From: Spirochaetia bacterium
GTDB lineage: Bacteria > Spirochaetota > Spirochaetia > CADAEX01
Direction of reading: 5' to 3'
DNA: 64,000 bases
NCBI GenBank assembly: GCA_963662795.1
Contig: OY759746.1
Coordinates: forward strand, 3,584,001 to 3,648,000
Shown here: positions 19,562 to 29,964 of the stretch, piece by piece
Layout: each line of letters opens with the position of its first letter
Position numbering within the stretch: the stretch's first letter is position 1
Translations under genes and position numbers: made by a program
The notes under the pieces: model-generated
Told to the model about the DNA's origin: nothing
The model's database searches: none
Seen by the model: only the letters and a program-made list of their open reading frames with translations

Positions 19562-20815
19562 TTAAAATAACTCAAAATCGTTATTACTCCTCTGCAGGTC
19601 AATTTTTTCAGCTAGCCCCAGACTTTTAATGGCAACTTCCAAAGCGTCTAACTCCCTGGAAGTTGTAAGCCGTTTGCGAAACCGTTCTATACTGTCAGTT
19701 TCCCTGAATTCAACATTTGATTCCTGGTGGTTTCGGATGAGTTCTGTTAACATTTTTAAAAAATCTTCCGTGACAAGATCAAGATTTTCCACTTCCTGAA
19801 TAATTATTGCATGAAGCATTGACAGGGGAAAAAGATCATTCATGTTTCCTTCCAGTCCTTTAATAAACTGAAGTATTCCTGAATACAGATTCTTGAATTG
19901 ACTGTAATGTCTGATAATGATTTCATTAAGATCATTAAAGGTTTCTTTTTCTTCATGGACCATGGTGGTAAGGCTGTTTTTATTATCCTCAAGTTCCAGG
20001 TAGACAGAGCTGAATATCCCCTTGCTTGAATCCGCAGTGACTCTGATATCCTTGAGAAATTTCTGAGTCTCGTGAGCCAGTTTCTGTATTTCGTTGGCTA
20101 TTACTTTAAAACCATTGCCCTTAACTCCAGCCCGGGCCGACTCAATTGAAGCATTAATGGATAAAATATGAACACGCTCTGCTATGTCGGAAATATCACC
20201 TGTGAGTTTAAAAATGGAATCAAGGACAGCTTTGAGGCTTTTAAATTTATTTTCAAAAACAGTAAAAGCATCAACAGATTTTTGGGCAACCAGATTTATA
20301 TCAACCTGTAATTTATCTACATTGCCCGTCATTATATCAAGAGAGGATGAATTTATGATCTCCTGATCATGTTCCTGAACCTGTGCTATAAAATCTTTCA
20401 TACCTGTTTTAATGACAACAAGACTCTCAGACATGGGTTCAGTGGTTTTATTCAGGTAGTCAACAATGCTTTTGAAAAGTGAGGGTATTGCTTTTTCATA
20501 AACCCCTATTTCCCCGATTAATACAGGACTTATTTTTTCAAGTTCCTCACTGTATCCGTTTCCCTGGATTGGTATTTTTTCGGTTACAGGTGGAGCTATC
20601 TCCTGTTTAATTGATGACACCTCTGTTTGATTAGTCTGTGGAATATATCCAGGTAAAGGTATGCGGATTAACAAAAAAATACCCGTAATGCCTGTAATGA
20701 ACGATAAAACAGACAGAACCAGAGCAAATGTATTAATAGTCCCTAAATAAAAAACAACAAGCGCTTCAAGTCCGGTTAGCCCTGTTACAGCTAATAATAT
20801 CGCCCAATTTTTCAA
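19562..20815 (-). CDS. Atypical short MCP-like protein
   Basis: Two adjacent TM, no periplasmic domain; tip ILSINASIESARAG..G.GFKVIA.EI; ends DFELF. Confidence 0.8.
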   Translation of the reverse strand: MKNWAILLAVTGLTGLEALVVFYLGTINTFALVLSVLSFITGITGIFLLIRIPLPGYIPQTNQTEVSSIKQEIAPPVTEKIPIQGNGYSEELEKISPVLIGEIGVYEKAIPSLFKSIVDYLNKTTEPMSESLVVIKTGMKDFIAQVQEHDQEIINSSSLDIMTGNVDKLQVDINLVAQKSVDAFTVFENKFKSLKAVLDSIFKLTGDISDIAERVHILSINASIESARAGVKGNGFKVIANEIQKLAHETQKFLKDIRVTADSSKGIFSSVYLELEDNKNSLTTMVHEEKETFNDLNEIIIRHYSQFKNLYSGILQFIKGLEGNMNDLFPLSMLHAIIIQEVENLDLVTEDFLKMLTELIRNHQESNVEFRETDSIERFRKRLTTSRELDALEVAIKSLGLAEKIDLQRSNNDFELF

Positions 20816-22908
20816 TTATCAGCCTCCAGTAAGCTGAGTTCTATTATCTGGTCCACATCCAGAACAAGACCTATCTTTCCTCCACCCAGAACTGTCCCTG
20901 AAGTTACTCCTTTCATTTTTTTGAACCGGGAGCCCAACGATTTTATGACAACTTCCCTTTTGGCAATAATCTCATCCACCAGAAGAAGAAATTTTCTTTT
21001 ATCGGAACTTTCAGTTAATATTCCAATTACATTTTGCTCCGGAGGTGGGGGACTCATCCCTAATACCTGATGCATCCGCAGTACCAAGACAACACCTCCC
21101 CTCATGTCTATCATTTCTACTTTTCCATTTATTGTGTAAATCCTGGAGGTATTTACTTTAAATGCCTCAATTACAGAGCTGATAGGAAAAATAAAGAGAT
21201 TTTCCCCAATCCGTGAAATCATCCCATCAATAATTGCTGTGCTTAAGGGAAAAGAAAGGTGAAAATAGGTGTAATTTCCCGGTTTGGTTTCAATTTCAAT
21301 CTTTCCGCGATTATTTGCGATTGCCGAACGGACAATATCCATACCTACACCGCGCCCTGATATAAGATCAATATTTTCACGGGTACTGAATCCTGAGGTA
21401 AATATTAGCCCGTGTACCTGGGAATCACTCATTGATTCAGCTGCTTCGGGCCGTATAAATCCCTTGGCAATTGCTTTTGCAAGGATTTTTTCCCGGCTCA
21501 GTCCTGCTCCATCATCACCTATGGTTATAACAATAATATTCCCCAGCCTTTTAGCTCCAAGAAATATTGTACCCTGGGGATCCTTTCCAGCCTGTTGTCT
21601 GATTTCCGTTGTTTCAATTCCATGATCCAAAGAGTTCCGAATCAGGTGGATCAGCGGTTCTTCTAGTTTTTCAATAAGATTCCTGTCAATTTCCAGATCC
21701 TCTCCAAATATTTCCAGTTTGACCGGTTTATTGAGTTTTTTACTTAAATCCCTGATAACCCGCTTGATGTTACTGAACAGGGTCTGAACTGTTTCTGTAC
21801 GCAATTCCATTGCACCGAACTGGATGCTGCGGGTGATTTTTCTCATCTGAACAAGCGCAGGAGTATTTTCTGTTATCTGTCCCATGGAAATCAGAAGCTC
21901 TCCAATCATATCTACCAGAAAGTTGACCTTGGATGCCCGAACCTTAATAATCGGGTCTGTGGTTGCAATTTCGGAACGGCTCTGAACCGGTGCCTCTGTT
22001 TTTTGTTTTCCAAGGGTTTCCTGAAGTTCCTGGGATGTAAGATAATTCTCTACTACGGCTATTTCTCCGAATTTTTTTGTATATGCCGATTCTTTCTGTT
22101 TTTGAAGAATCTGCTCCTTATCTGTTTCATTCAGTTTACCTTCCTGGACCAGGATATTGCCAAGGGCTGATTTTGTCTGGTATGAGAGTTTCTCCAGTTT
22201 CTGAAAGTATAAATCCATTGAAACATTGCTGGAAACAAGATAGTCCCCGGTTTTAAGTTTATTGACAATCTGCAGGGACATATCCAGTCCTTCAAGGAGC
22301 ATTTCTATTATTTCAGAATTCGGTTCCAGTTTTTTACTTCTGAGAGAGTCAAGCAAATTTTCAATGTTGTGTGTTAATTCTCCCAGAGAAGCAATTTTAA
22401 GAAAACCGCATTCACCTTTAATTGTATGAAACACACGGAAAAGCTTATTTATCAGATCAAGATTTGTAAAATCCTGTTCAAGATCAAGTATCAGTGTCTG
22501 GGCCTGAACCAGCCGGTCAGACGCTTCGGCGATAAATATCTGAAATGATTCATCATCATGATAAATACCTGAAGCCTGTATACCCTCCCTTATTGTGCTG
22601 CCAATTAATTTTTTCATCCGCTCTTTTAAATCCTTAACAGCGTCAGATGAGCTGTCTGGATCCATACACTGGAGAAGATCAATACCCTGGGTTAAATTAT
22701 CCATAAAACCGGGTTGTCCTGCCTTGTTCATCTCGGCTCTGATTAAATTCAGAAGCCATTGAATCAATTCATAGGGCTCTTCCTGTTCAAGATAAAAATC
22801 TGTTAGAAGAGCGACGGAATCCTCAATGTCTGAAAGAAGCAAAAAATCTCCTGTGTCATAATTCAATAAAGCATTGGTGACAACATTAAACTGTTCTTCT
22901 AGTGTCAT
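20812..22908 (-). CDS. cheA: CheA histidine kinase with MshEN-like insert
   Basis: Hpt FRVFHTIKG, HLIRNSLDHGIE, DDGAG, SGRGVGMD, C-terminal CheW domain. Confidence 0.95.
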   Translation of the reverse strand: MTLEEQFNVVTNALLNYDTGDFLLLSDIEDSVALLTDFYLEQEEPYELIQWLLNLIRAEMNKAGQPGFMDNLTQGIDLLQCMDPDSSSDAVKDLKERMKKLIGSTIREGIQASGIYHDDESFQIFIAEASDRLVQAQTLILDLEQDFTNLDLINKLFRVFHTIKGECGFLKIASLGELTHNIENLLDSLRSKKLEPNSEIIEMLLEGLDMSLQIVNKLKTGDYLVSSNVSMDLYFQKLEKLSYQTKSALGNILVQEGKLNETDKEQILQKQKESAYTKKFGEIAVVENYLTSQELQETLGKQKTEAPVQSRSEIATTDPIIKVRASKVNFLVDMIGELLISMGQITENTPALVQMRKITRSIQFGAMELRTETVQTLFSNIKRVIRDLSKKLNKPVKLEIFGEDLEIDRNLIEKLEEPLIHLIRNSLDHGIETTEIRQQAGKDPQGTIFLGAKRLGNIIVITIGDDGAGLSREKILAKAIAKGFIRPEAAESMSDSQVHGLIFTSGFSTRENIDLISGRGVGMDIVRSAIANNRGKIEIETKPGNYTYFHLSFPLSTAIIDGMISRIGENLFIFPISSVIEAFKVNTSRIYTINGKVEMIDMRGGVVLVLRMHQVLGMSPPPPEQNVIGILTESSDKRKFLLLVDEIIAKREVVIKSLGSRFKKMKGVTSGTVLGGGKIGLVLDVDQIIELSLLEADN

Positions 22909-23215
22909 GGATAATCCTTATTTTTGGTAAAATATGCATTTTATTTAAATGTATACTACCAATATTTTTTATATATAAAATTTATTAACATTTTGTGTGA
23001 TATAGTAATTTGCGAAGGGATGAAATAGATTTATTCATTTTTTAAATTTTTTATCTCCTTTTATTTAAAAATATCTCAAATTATGTATATATTTTAATAT
23101 GTAATATTTCAAATATAAACTACAAAATATACATTAAAAACCTATAAAGTCAATATGATTAAAAACTTATTTAAATATATTTTCATACAACTATTAATAA
23201 TTATACGAAAAATAA

Positions 23216-23638
23216 TTAAAAAATGTGTTTTGTATTATATATTTTTCTGAAATTTTCTGGATTTAACGGTTCCCCCAGAAAGAACCCTTGATATTGTGAA
23301 CAGCCTTTTCTTTTAAGAATCTTGAATTGCTTCTCTGACTCTATTCCTTTTGCTGCCACATCCAGGGATAATGTCTGAGCTAACGAAATAATCATTTCGA
23401 TTATTGCTAAAGTTTTCTTGCTTTCTCCTAAATAAGTAATAAATGATTTATCTATTTTTAAAATGTCTACTGGATAATCTTTTAACTTGGAGAGAGAAGA
23501 AGAACCAGTTCCAAAATCATCAATGGCAATTCGAATTCCCATCGCCTGCAGAATCTTTAAATTCTTGATTGTTATCCTAATGTTCTTCACTGATCTCCTT
23601 CCTAAAAACCAGGGTATTCTAAATTGGGATATCTTCAA
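23216..23638 (-). pseudogene. C-terminal fragment of EAL c-di-GMP phosphodiesterase
   Basis: IAIDDFGTG.SSL, LKIDKSF, QGF; AEGVE altered to AKGIE; N-terminal half with EAL motif absent. Confidence 0.8.
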
Positions 23639-23687
23639 AAATCAGTTGATCACTAACATCGATTTGGATAATTACGGGGTACAGTTA

Positions 23688-24000
23688 CCCCCACTTCACG
23701 TCTCCTGAGCATTTTTCCGCTTTTTGTCAAGTGCAGTCAATATTGAAGTATCGGCCTTCAAGCTGTTCCCATTTGAGCGCAAGTATTTCAAATGCCCGTC
23801 GCCCGTTAAAAACTGCAAACCTGAAAAGCTGTTATACAAGAAATGACAGTCATTTATCCGGAGATGAAAACAGGGACGAGATTACTTCAGAGGTAAAAAT
23901 TCTTTTTTTTTAGCAGTGTATTTTATATCAACTATATGTGTTGTTGGATTGTTTATAATATCTCCACGGTAATGTGCTACTGAAAAACAGAAGACACTGC
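23688..24000 (-). pseudogene. Decayed internal fragment of tyrosine integrase, paralog of the tRNA-Val integrase
   Basis: AHYRGDIINNPTTHI...QLFRFAVFNGRRAFEILALKWEQLEG...EKCSGDVKWG with stops and frameshifts; aligns by eye to 49145-50272. Confidence 0.85.
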
Positions 24001-24165
24001 TGTTAAAACTTTCTCAACAGTCTAATCTGGGATATATTGAAAACTCATGTTTTACCAGTCTGACTCCAATCATCTTTTTATTCTCCAGGAATACCAGACA
24101 TCTATTGGAATAATTTATAAATAACATCATGAATTTACGATCTTTTTTTCACTCAACTAGCTGTT

Positions 24166-25398
24166 GAGGCTGTAGATAAAGTGTAAATTTTCAACAATTG
24201 CTTTATATCCAGATATTCCCATGATAAAATTCTATCAGACTGGGAGATTACAAAATGGGTAAATACAAAGAGTATTCTTATGAACAAAAAGTGCTGCTGC
24301 CGATAGATTTTTCCGAGCAGGTTCTTCCCGGAACCTTTGAACACACACTCAATTTTCTCATTGACCGGGAAATTGATTTAACCATGTTTTATGAAAAACA
24401 TAAAAATGATGAAAATGGAGTTCCCGCCTACGATCCGGCGATCTTACTGAAGATAATTCTTTTTGCTTATTCACGGGGAATTATTTCCAGCAGAAGAATT
24501 GCCCGATTATGTCGGGAAAATGTCGTTTGCATGTCCCTCTCCGCAGATACCCGGCCGCACTTTAGCACCATAGCTGATTTTATTTCTACGATGGATAAAG
24601 AAATCGCTCCCCTGTTTACCCGGATTCTCTCGGTCTGTTACGCCAATAACGTCATCGATAAAAACATGTTTGCCATCGACGGCTGCAAGATTTCTTCCAA
24701 TTGCTCAAAGGAATGGAGCGGAACGAAAAAAGAACTGCTAAAAAAAGCGGGAAAGATAGAGGAATCTATCAAATACCTGTTGGAAAAACATAAACAGGAA
24801 GATAAAAGCCGGTATAGTCAAAGTCAGGAAGAGAAAGAAAAGGCTTCGATAGAGAAACTGAAAGCTAAATCCCAAAAGATCCATGACTGGCTGAACTCAA
24901 ATGACGATAGAATGGGAAGCCAGGGGAAACCAATAAAAAGCAATATTACCGACAATGAAAGCGCGAAGATGTCCACCTCCCATGGAGTTATCCAGGGTTA
25001 TAACGGAATTGCGGCGGTTGATGAAAAGAACCAATTAATCGTTTGGGCGGAAGCATTTGGCGACAGCAATGAATCCAAACATTTCCCCGAGATTCTGGAT
25101 GGAATAAAAAACAATTTTAAATCGATTCAGGCATCGGAAGATATCTTGAAAGAAACAGTGATTACCGCCGACAGCGGTTTTCATAATGATAATAATATGA
25201 AGCTGATTGTGGAAAATAACCTGACAGCCTTTGTCGCGGACAACCAGTTTCGAAAGAGGGATGTGAGATTTGCATCAGCCCAGAAACATAAACAAAAACC
25301 TGTCACGAATTGGGAACCTGCCAAAGGGAAAAAATATTACTCAGTAGATGATTTTATCTATGATGAAAATACAAAGAAATTAATGTGCCCAGCTGGTT
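24166..25398 (+). mobile_element. IS1182-family element, 3'-truncated (transposase from 24255)
   Basis: YDPAILLKIILFAY..SSRRI, AIDGCKI, TDNESAKM, QGYNG, ADSGF; left end GAGGCTGTAGATAAAGT; an oppositely oriented similar end at 24008-24024 (13/17). Confidence 0.85.
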
Positions 25399-25739
25399 TC
25401 GAACGGTATTTAATATATGAATCTGTACCTAATTATCCTATCAAAATTACTTTTGATATAGATAATTCCACAATGATCTCAAAATGGATTTTCAGAAGCT
25501 TGGGAAGAATAATTATTCACTTTCTTAGTACTATAATAATTATTTACCTTATAAGAAAATTTCTGTATATGCTGAACGATTTAATTAAGACCCAGAAAGA
25601 ACTTGAGATATTAGCAAGATTTGACAGTCTTACAGGAGTTATGAACAGAAGATATTTTTTTGAAAGATTACAAGAAGAAATAATAAGAACGATCAGGTAT
25701 AAGCATGACATGGCTGTATTGTCATTAGATATTGATTAT

Positions 25740-27014
25740 CATAGGTGTCCAAAACAAGGACTATTAATTGCCTGAAATCCCAACTATAATGAATTAAGCT
25801 TGGACGGCTAATTCTTTACAGGAAAAGGAAATCAGGCAATGAGTTACAATAATACCATTTTAAAACAAATTCTACAAATAATTCCGAGACATGAATTTGA
25901 AAAATCTGTAAAAAAACATAAAGGGGACTTTGCTTCCAAAGGTTTTACCTGTTGGCAGCATTTTGTCTCCATGCTCTTTGCACAACTTTCAGGACAGACC
26001 GGGTTAAGAGGCATTGAAAACTCTTTTGAATCAATCAGTAACCACCTTTATCATATGGGTGTAAAAAAGGTAAAACGCTCTACATTATCTTACGCAAATA
26101 ATAATAGAAGCTGTGAAGTTTATGAAAATGTTTTCACTGATCTTCTTGATAAGATATTATCCATGAAGAGAGCGCATAAACATAAATTTAAAAATCCTCT
26201 TTACAGTGTTGATGCATCAACTATTGACTTGTGTTTAAATCTCTTTCCATGGGCAAATTTCAGAAAATATAAAGGCGGAATAAAACTTAATGTAAAACTT
26301 GACCATAGTGGATATATTCCAGCTTTTGTATCAGTTACAACTGCAAAAACACATGAAGTCAATTCCTTGAAAAAAATGGCTTTCAACAAAGGCGATGTCA
26401 TCACGTTTGATCGTGGTTATACTGACTTTAAATTATTCGCAAATTATTGTAATACCGGTATTTATTTTGTTACCAGGTTAAAAAAGAATGCTGATTATAA
26501 AATTGTCCAGAGAAAAGATACCTCCTCCTTTAAAAATATTACATCTGATCAGATCATAGAAATGAAAGGATTTTACACCAGTAAAAAATGCCCGTTAAAA
26601 TTAAGACGAATCAGAAGCAGAGATCCTGAAACCGGTAAATATATTGTAATTCTTACCAATAATTTCCTTTGGTCTCCAACAACAATTGCTGCTGTTTACA
26701 AAGACAGATGGCAGATTGAAATATTTTTTAAAACTATCAAACAGAACCTCAAGATCAAGAAATTCTTTGGTACTTCCAGAAATGCTGTAATGACACAAAT
26801 CTGGATTGCCCTAATTGCTTTTCTGTTACTTCAGTTCCTTAAAATGTTTTCATGTAGAAAATGGACTCATTTTTCACTGATGAAATTGATTCCTGTAATA
26901 CTGACATCAAGAAAAGATATCTGGACTGTTCTCAATAAACCGCCTTCAGAACAGACTAAAAAAACTAGTTTCAATCTTCAACTGGAGCTGTTATGATTGT
27001 TTTGGACACCTATG
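25740..27014 (+). mobile_element. IS4-family element A, 1275 bp, intact
   Basis: Perfect 18-bp IR CATAGGTGTCCAAAACAA; 9-bp TSD ATTGATTAT at 25731-25739 and 27015-27023. Confidence 0.95.
25839..26996 (+). CDS. IS4-family transposase (DUF4372 plus DDE)
   Basis: VDASTI, FDRGY, Y(K)DRWQIEIFFK (YREK motif). Confidence 0.93.
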   Translation: MSYNNTILKQILQIIPRHEFEKSVKKHKGDFASKGFTCWQHFVSMLFAQLSGQTGLRGIENSFESISNHLYHMGVKKVKRSTLSYANNNRSCEVYENVFTDLLDKILSMKRAHKHKFKNPLYSVDASTIDLCLNLFPWANFRKYKGGIKLNVKLDHSGYIPAFVSVTTAKTHEVNSLKKMAFNKGDVITFDRGYTDFKLFANYCNTGIYFVTRLKKNADYKIVQRKDTSSFKNITSDQIIEMKGFYTSKKCPLKLRRIRSRDPETGKYIVILTNNFLWSPTTIAAVYKDRWQIEIFFKTIKQNLKIKKFFGTSRNAVMTQIWIALIAFLLLQFLKMFSCRKWTHFSLMKLIPVILTSRKDIWTVLNKPPSEQTKKTSFNLQLELL

Positions 27015-27475
27015 ATTGATTATTTTAAAAAAATTAATGATACCTACGGACACCCTGAGGGAGACCTTGTGCTTACAAAACTTGGAAAAATATTAAAAAA
27101 AAATATGCGTATTATAGATTTTATCGGTAGAACCGGAGGAGAGGAATTTATTATTGTTCTTACAGAAACAACAAGCGATGAAGCATCTTTAATAGCAGAA
27201 AGGCTCAGACAGGAAATTCATTCAATAATTCTTCCGGAAGGGTATTTGACAGTAAGTATAGGTATCTCAGTGCTTAAAGAAAAAGACACATGGGAAACAA
27301 TTATAGGCCGAACAGATCGCGCGCTTTATATGGCAAAAAACAATGGGCGTGACTGTGTTGTTGCGCAATTGACAGACTAAACCATTGATTCTTTTTTATA
27401 AAGATTTTTTCTGGATATGCTTCAATAATCCACAACCTTTTTCACTCCCTTCTCTTCCACCGTCTAAAGAATACA

Positions 27476-27513
27476 AAACCGCTTTTCCGTTTATGATAAC
27501 AGGTGTAGAATTA
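27476..27513 (+). repeat. Dispersed promoter-like repeat, copy B1
   Basis: AAAACCGCTTTTCC-N17-TAGAATTA; similar to 33017-33055. Confidence 0.55.
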
Positions 27514-27786
27514 TATTATTAGGAATATCTACCGAAAGAGTTATATAAATCAAGATATTAGTTCGGATCTTCGGTTGACGGGTGATAAAATGCAGAATAC
27601 TATTTTTAAAAAAACTTTTCGCAAAAAATAAACATAATGATGATATGAGAAAAAAATTTATGCACTTTTAATGGAGTCTGGATCCCTACCGTCTCTAAAG
27701 TACTATCTACTATTAATCCTTAAAAATATGCAGTTATTGATATAAGATTCTTAAATCAACTTAATAATAAGTAATATAATATTAAT

Positions 27787-29061
27787 CACAGCTGTCCAAA
27801 ATAATCATAGCAATACTAACTGACCAGGAATTTCCCTTTGAATTGAATCACGTTCCAAAGGTTCATTTAACCAAAGCCAAAGATCTTTCCTTGAAAATAG
27901 AACTGTCGGAAGCAGAGATGCTAAGCTGTATATTGTCCATCCTAATGTAGATAAAAATCTCATATAGCTCAGTAACAAGTAGGTAATGAGTGCAGATGCA
28001 ATTTGGATCATTAGAGCATTTCTGGAAGTACCCACAAAGCTTTTTATTTTCAGTTTTTGTTTCATTGCCTTAAAAAATATTTCAATCTGCCATCGATCTT
28101 TATAAATAGCACCAACGATATCAGGAGGCCATTCAAAATTATTTGTCAAAATAACAATATATTTACCGGATTCCGAATCTTTTATGCTGATCCTTCGTAG
28201 TTTCAGAGAACACTTTTTAATTGAGTAAAAACCGGTAAAACTGATTATCTGATCAGATGCAACATCTTTAAAATCTTTCACTTTTTTTCTTTCAAGTATT
28301 CTATACTTTGCATTTTTCTTTAGTCTCGTGACAAAGTAAGTACCTTTAGTACAAAGACTTGCAAAGAAGGAGTAATCATTGTAACCACGATCAAAGGTTA
28401 CTACATCTCCTTTTTTGAAAGGTATTTCGGAAACTGCAGTTAGATCATTAGCCTTTGCATCAGAGAGAACAGCAAATACAGGAATATATCCTGTATGATC
28501 AAACTTCACATGTAATTTAATTCCACCTTTGGTCTTTCTAAACTTTCCCCAGTTGAATACAGAAAGACATAAATCTATAGTTGTGGAATCAATACTGTAG
28601 AGTGGATTCTTGAACTTGAATTTATGCCTGGGTGCTGCGGGCAGTATTTTATTCAGGAGAAAATAGAAAATATCTCCGAACATTTTGGAGCTTCTGTTTT
28701 TATTAGCATAACTTAATGTTGATCTGCTAACATGCTGGATACCAAGATGATAATGACTTTTTGCCTGAGAGTTTAATGCATTAGTAATACTCCGGAGATT
28801 ATCCAACCCTGATAACTGGGCAAAAATCATTGCTACAAAATGGGTCCATGAAGAAAATCCCTTTGCTGATTTTTCTGCTTGATGACGATTTACAAAATTC
28901 TGAAATTCAAGTCTCGGTATTATTTGAAGAATTTGATTTAATATGGTAGATTTATAACTCACTGCCTGATCTCCTTTGTTTATAATGATTTAGCTGGCAA
29001 GGCTTGTTTCATTATAGACGGGATTTCAGGCAATTAATAGTATTTGTTTTGGACAGCTATG
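27787..29061 (-). mobile_element. IS4-family element B, 1275 bp, intact
   Basis: 18-bp IR with 16 matches (CATAGCTGTCCAAAACAA); 9-bp TSD AATATTAAT at 27778-27786 and 29062-29070. Confidence 0.95.
27805..28962 (-). CDS. IS4-family transposase, divergent paralog of 25839-26996
   Basis: IDSTTI, FDRGY, YKDRWQIEIFFK; GTG start. Confidence 0.93.
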   Translation of the reverse strand: MSYKSTILNQILQIIPRLEFQNFVNRHQAEKSAKGFSSWTHFVAMIFAQLSGLDNLRSITNALNSQAKSHYHLGIQHVSRSTLSYANKNRSSKMFGDIFYFLLNKILPAAPRHKFKFKNPLYSIDSTTIDLCLSVFNWGKFRKTKGGIKLHVKFDHTGYIPVFAVLSDAKANDLTAVSEIPFKKGDVVTFDRGYNDYSFFASLCTKGTYFVTRLKKNAKYRILERKKVKDFKDVASDQIISFTGFYSIKKCSLKLRRISIKDSESGKYIVILTNNFEWPPDIVGAIYKDRWQIEIFFKAMKQKLKIKSFVGTSRNALMIQIASALITYLLLSYMRFLSTLGWTIYSLASLLPTVLFSRKDLWLWLNEPLERDSIQREIPGQLVLL

Positions 29062-29322
29062 AATATTAATACATATTTTATAAATACTAGAACATGATTC
29101 AATTATTTTAAAATAAGGAGATGTTTGGGAAATAAAAAAGAACTCAACTCCAAGAACAATAGATCAAGATTTATTTGCTATAAAATATTATGTGTAAATA
29201 GATTTATAAACTGCACAGTTAGAATTACTTAACAAAAAAAAGAATTTTAGCCGCGACTCCTCCCTTTCAGGCAGGAAATAAAGTCAGGGCACGCCTGTCC
29301 AGGCTTTACAATTCTTAACCCC

Positions 29323-29363
29323 AAGAAATTCCTCTTTTCTGATCTGCCGCGCGGGTGTAGAAT
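29323..29363 (+). repeat. Dispersed promoter-like repeat, copy A1
   Basis: AAGAAATTCCTCTTTTCT-GATCTGCCGCGCGGGTG-TAGAAT; similar to 42147-42187. Confidence 0.6.
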
Positions 29364-29404
29364 AATATTTAATTATAGTATTGTGGAGAACATGAGTTAT
29401 AAGG

Positions 29405-29454
29405 ATTACAGCTGAAACTGTTTATAAATTGATTTTAACAGTTTCAGCTGTAAT
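29405..29454. repeat. Perfect 18-bp inverted repeat
   Basis: ATTACAGCTGAAACTGTT-N14-AACAGTTTCAGCTGTAAT. Confidence 0.85.
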
Positions 29455-29604
29455 TGATTTCTATAATCTATATTAATATAATAAAAACTGAATTAAAACT
29501 ATAATTTGTTATTTTTTTAAATAATTATGGCTTGATTTCAATTAAGGAAGAAATACTTAATCATCATAGCTTTAATCTTCATTCTTTCAAGGAAGGGTAT
29601 TATT

Positions 29605-29964
29605 ATGGAAAAATATTCAGAGGAAAAGATAAACAGTAGTATATCTGATCGGAAAAAATTAAATGCAAGATTTATGAAAAATTGCAAAACATATGAAATT
29701 TTTCTCAATCTTGAGGAGAAAGCCTTTTCGGATGGAGCTTTATCACGAAAAGTAAAAGAATTAATGGCTCTTTCAATTTCCATTGTAACTAAATGTGAAC
29801 CCTGTATGGAGTGGCATGTCCAACAGGCCTTATTGCAAGGTGCTACAGATTCAGAAATTTATGAAACAATTGATGTTGCAATTGAAATGGGAGGAGGACA
29901 AGCAGGAGCGTATGCAAGATATGCTTTAAATGCAATGGACTATCATAAAACAAATAACAGATAA
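29605..29964 (+). CDS. Carboxymuconolactone decarboxylase/AhpD-like protein
   Basis: GALSRKVKELMALSIS, CEPCMEWH (CxxCxxxH), GAT..EI.E. Confidence 0.85.
   Translation: MEKYSEEKINSSISDRKKLNARFMKNCKTYEIFLNLEEKAFSDGALSRKVKELMALSISIVTKCEPCMEWHVQQALLQGATDSEIYETIDVAIEMGGGQAGAYARYALNAMDYHKTNNR

Larger units (their letters stand above)
25399..27380 (+). pseudogene. Membrane diguanylate cyclase, 5'-truncated and split by IS4
   Basis: TM plus DSLTGVMNRR...LDIDY | IS | IDYFKKINDTYGH..GD...RTGGEEF...AK..GRD. Confidence 0.88.

Noticed and set aside
22910-23215. Extremely AT-rich tract upstream of cheA as an origin or special element
   Set aside because: No DnaA boxes, iterons or clear structure; most simply a promoter region
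25740-29061. Composite transposon formed by the two IS4 elements
   Set aside because: Each has its own distinct TSD, showing independent insertions
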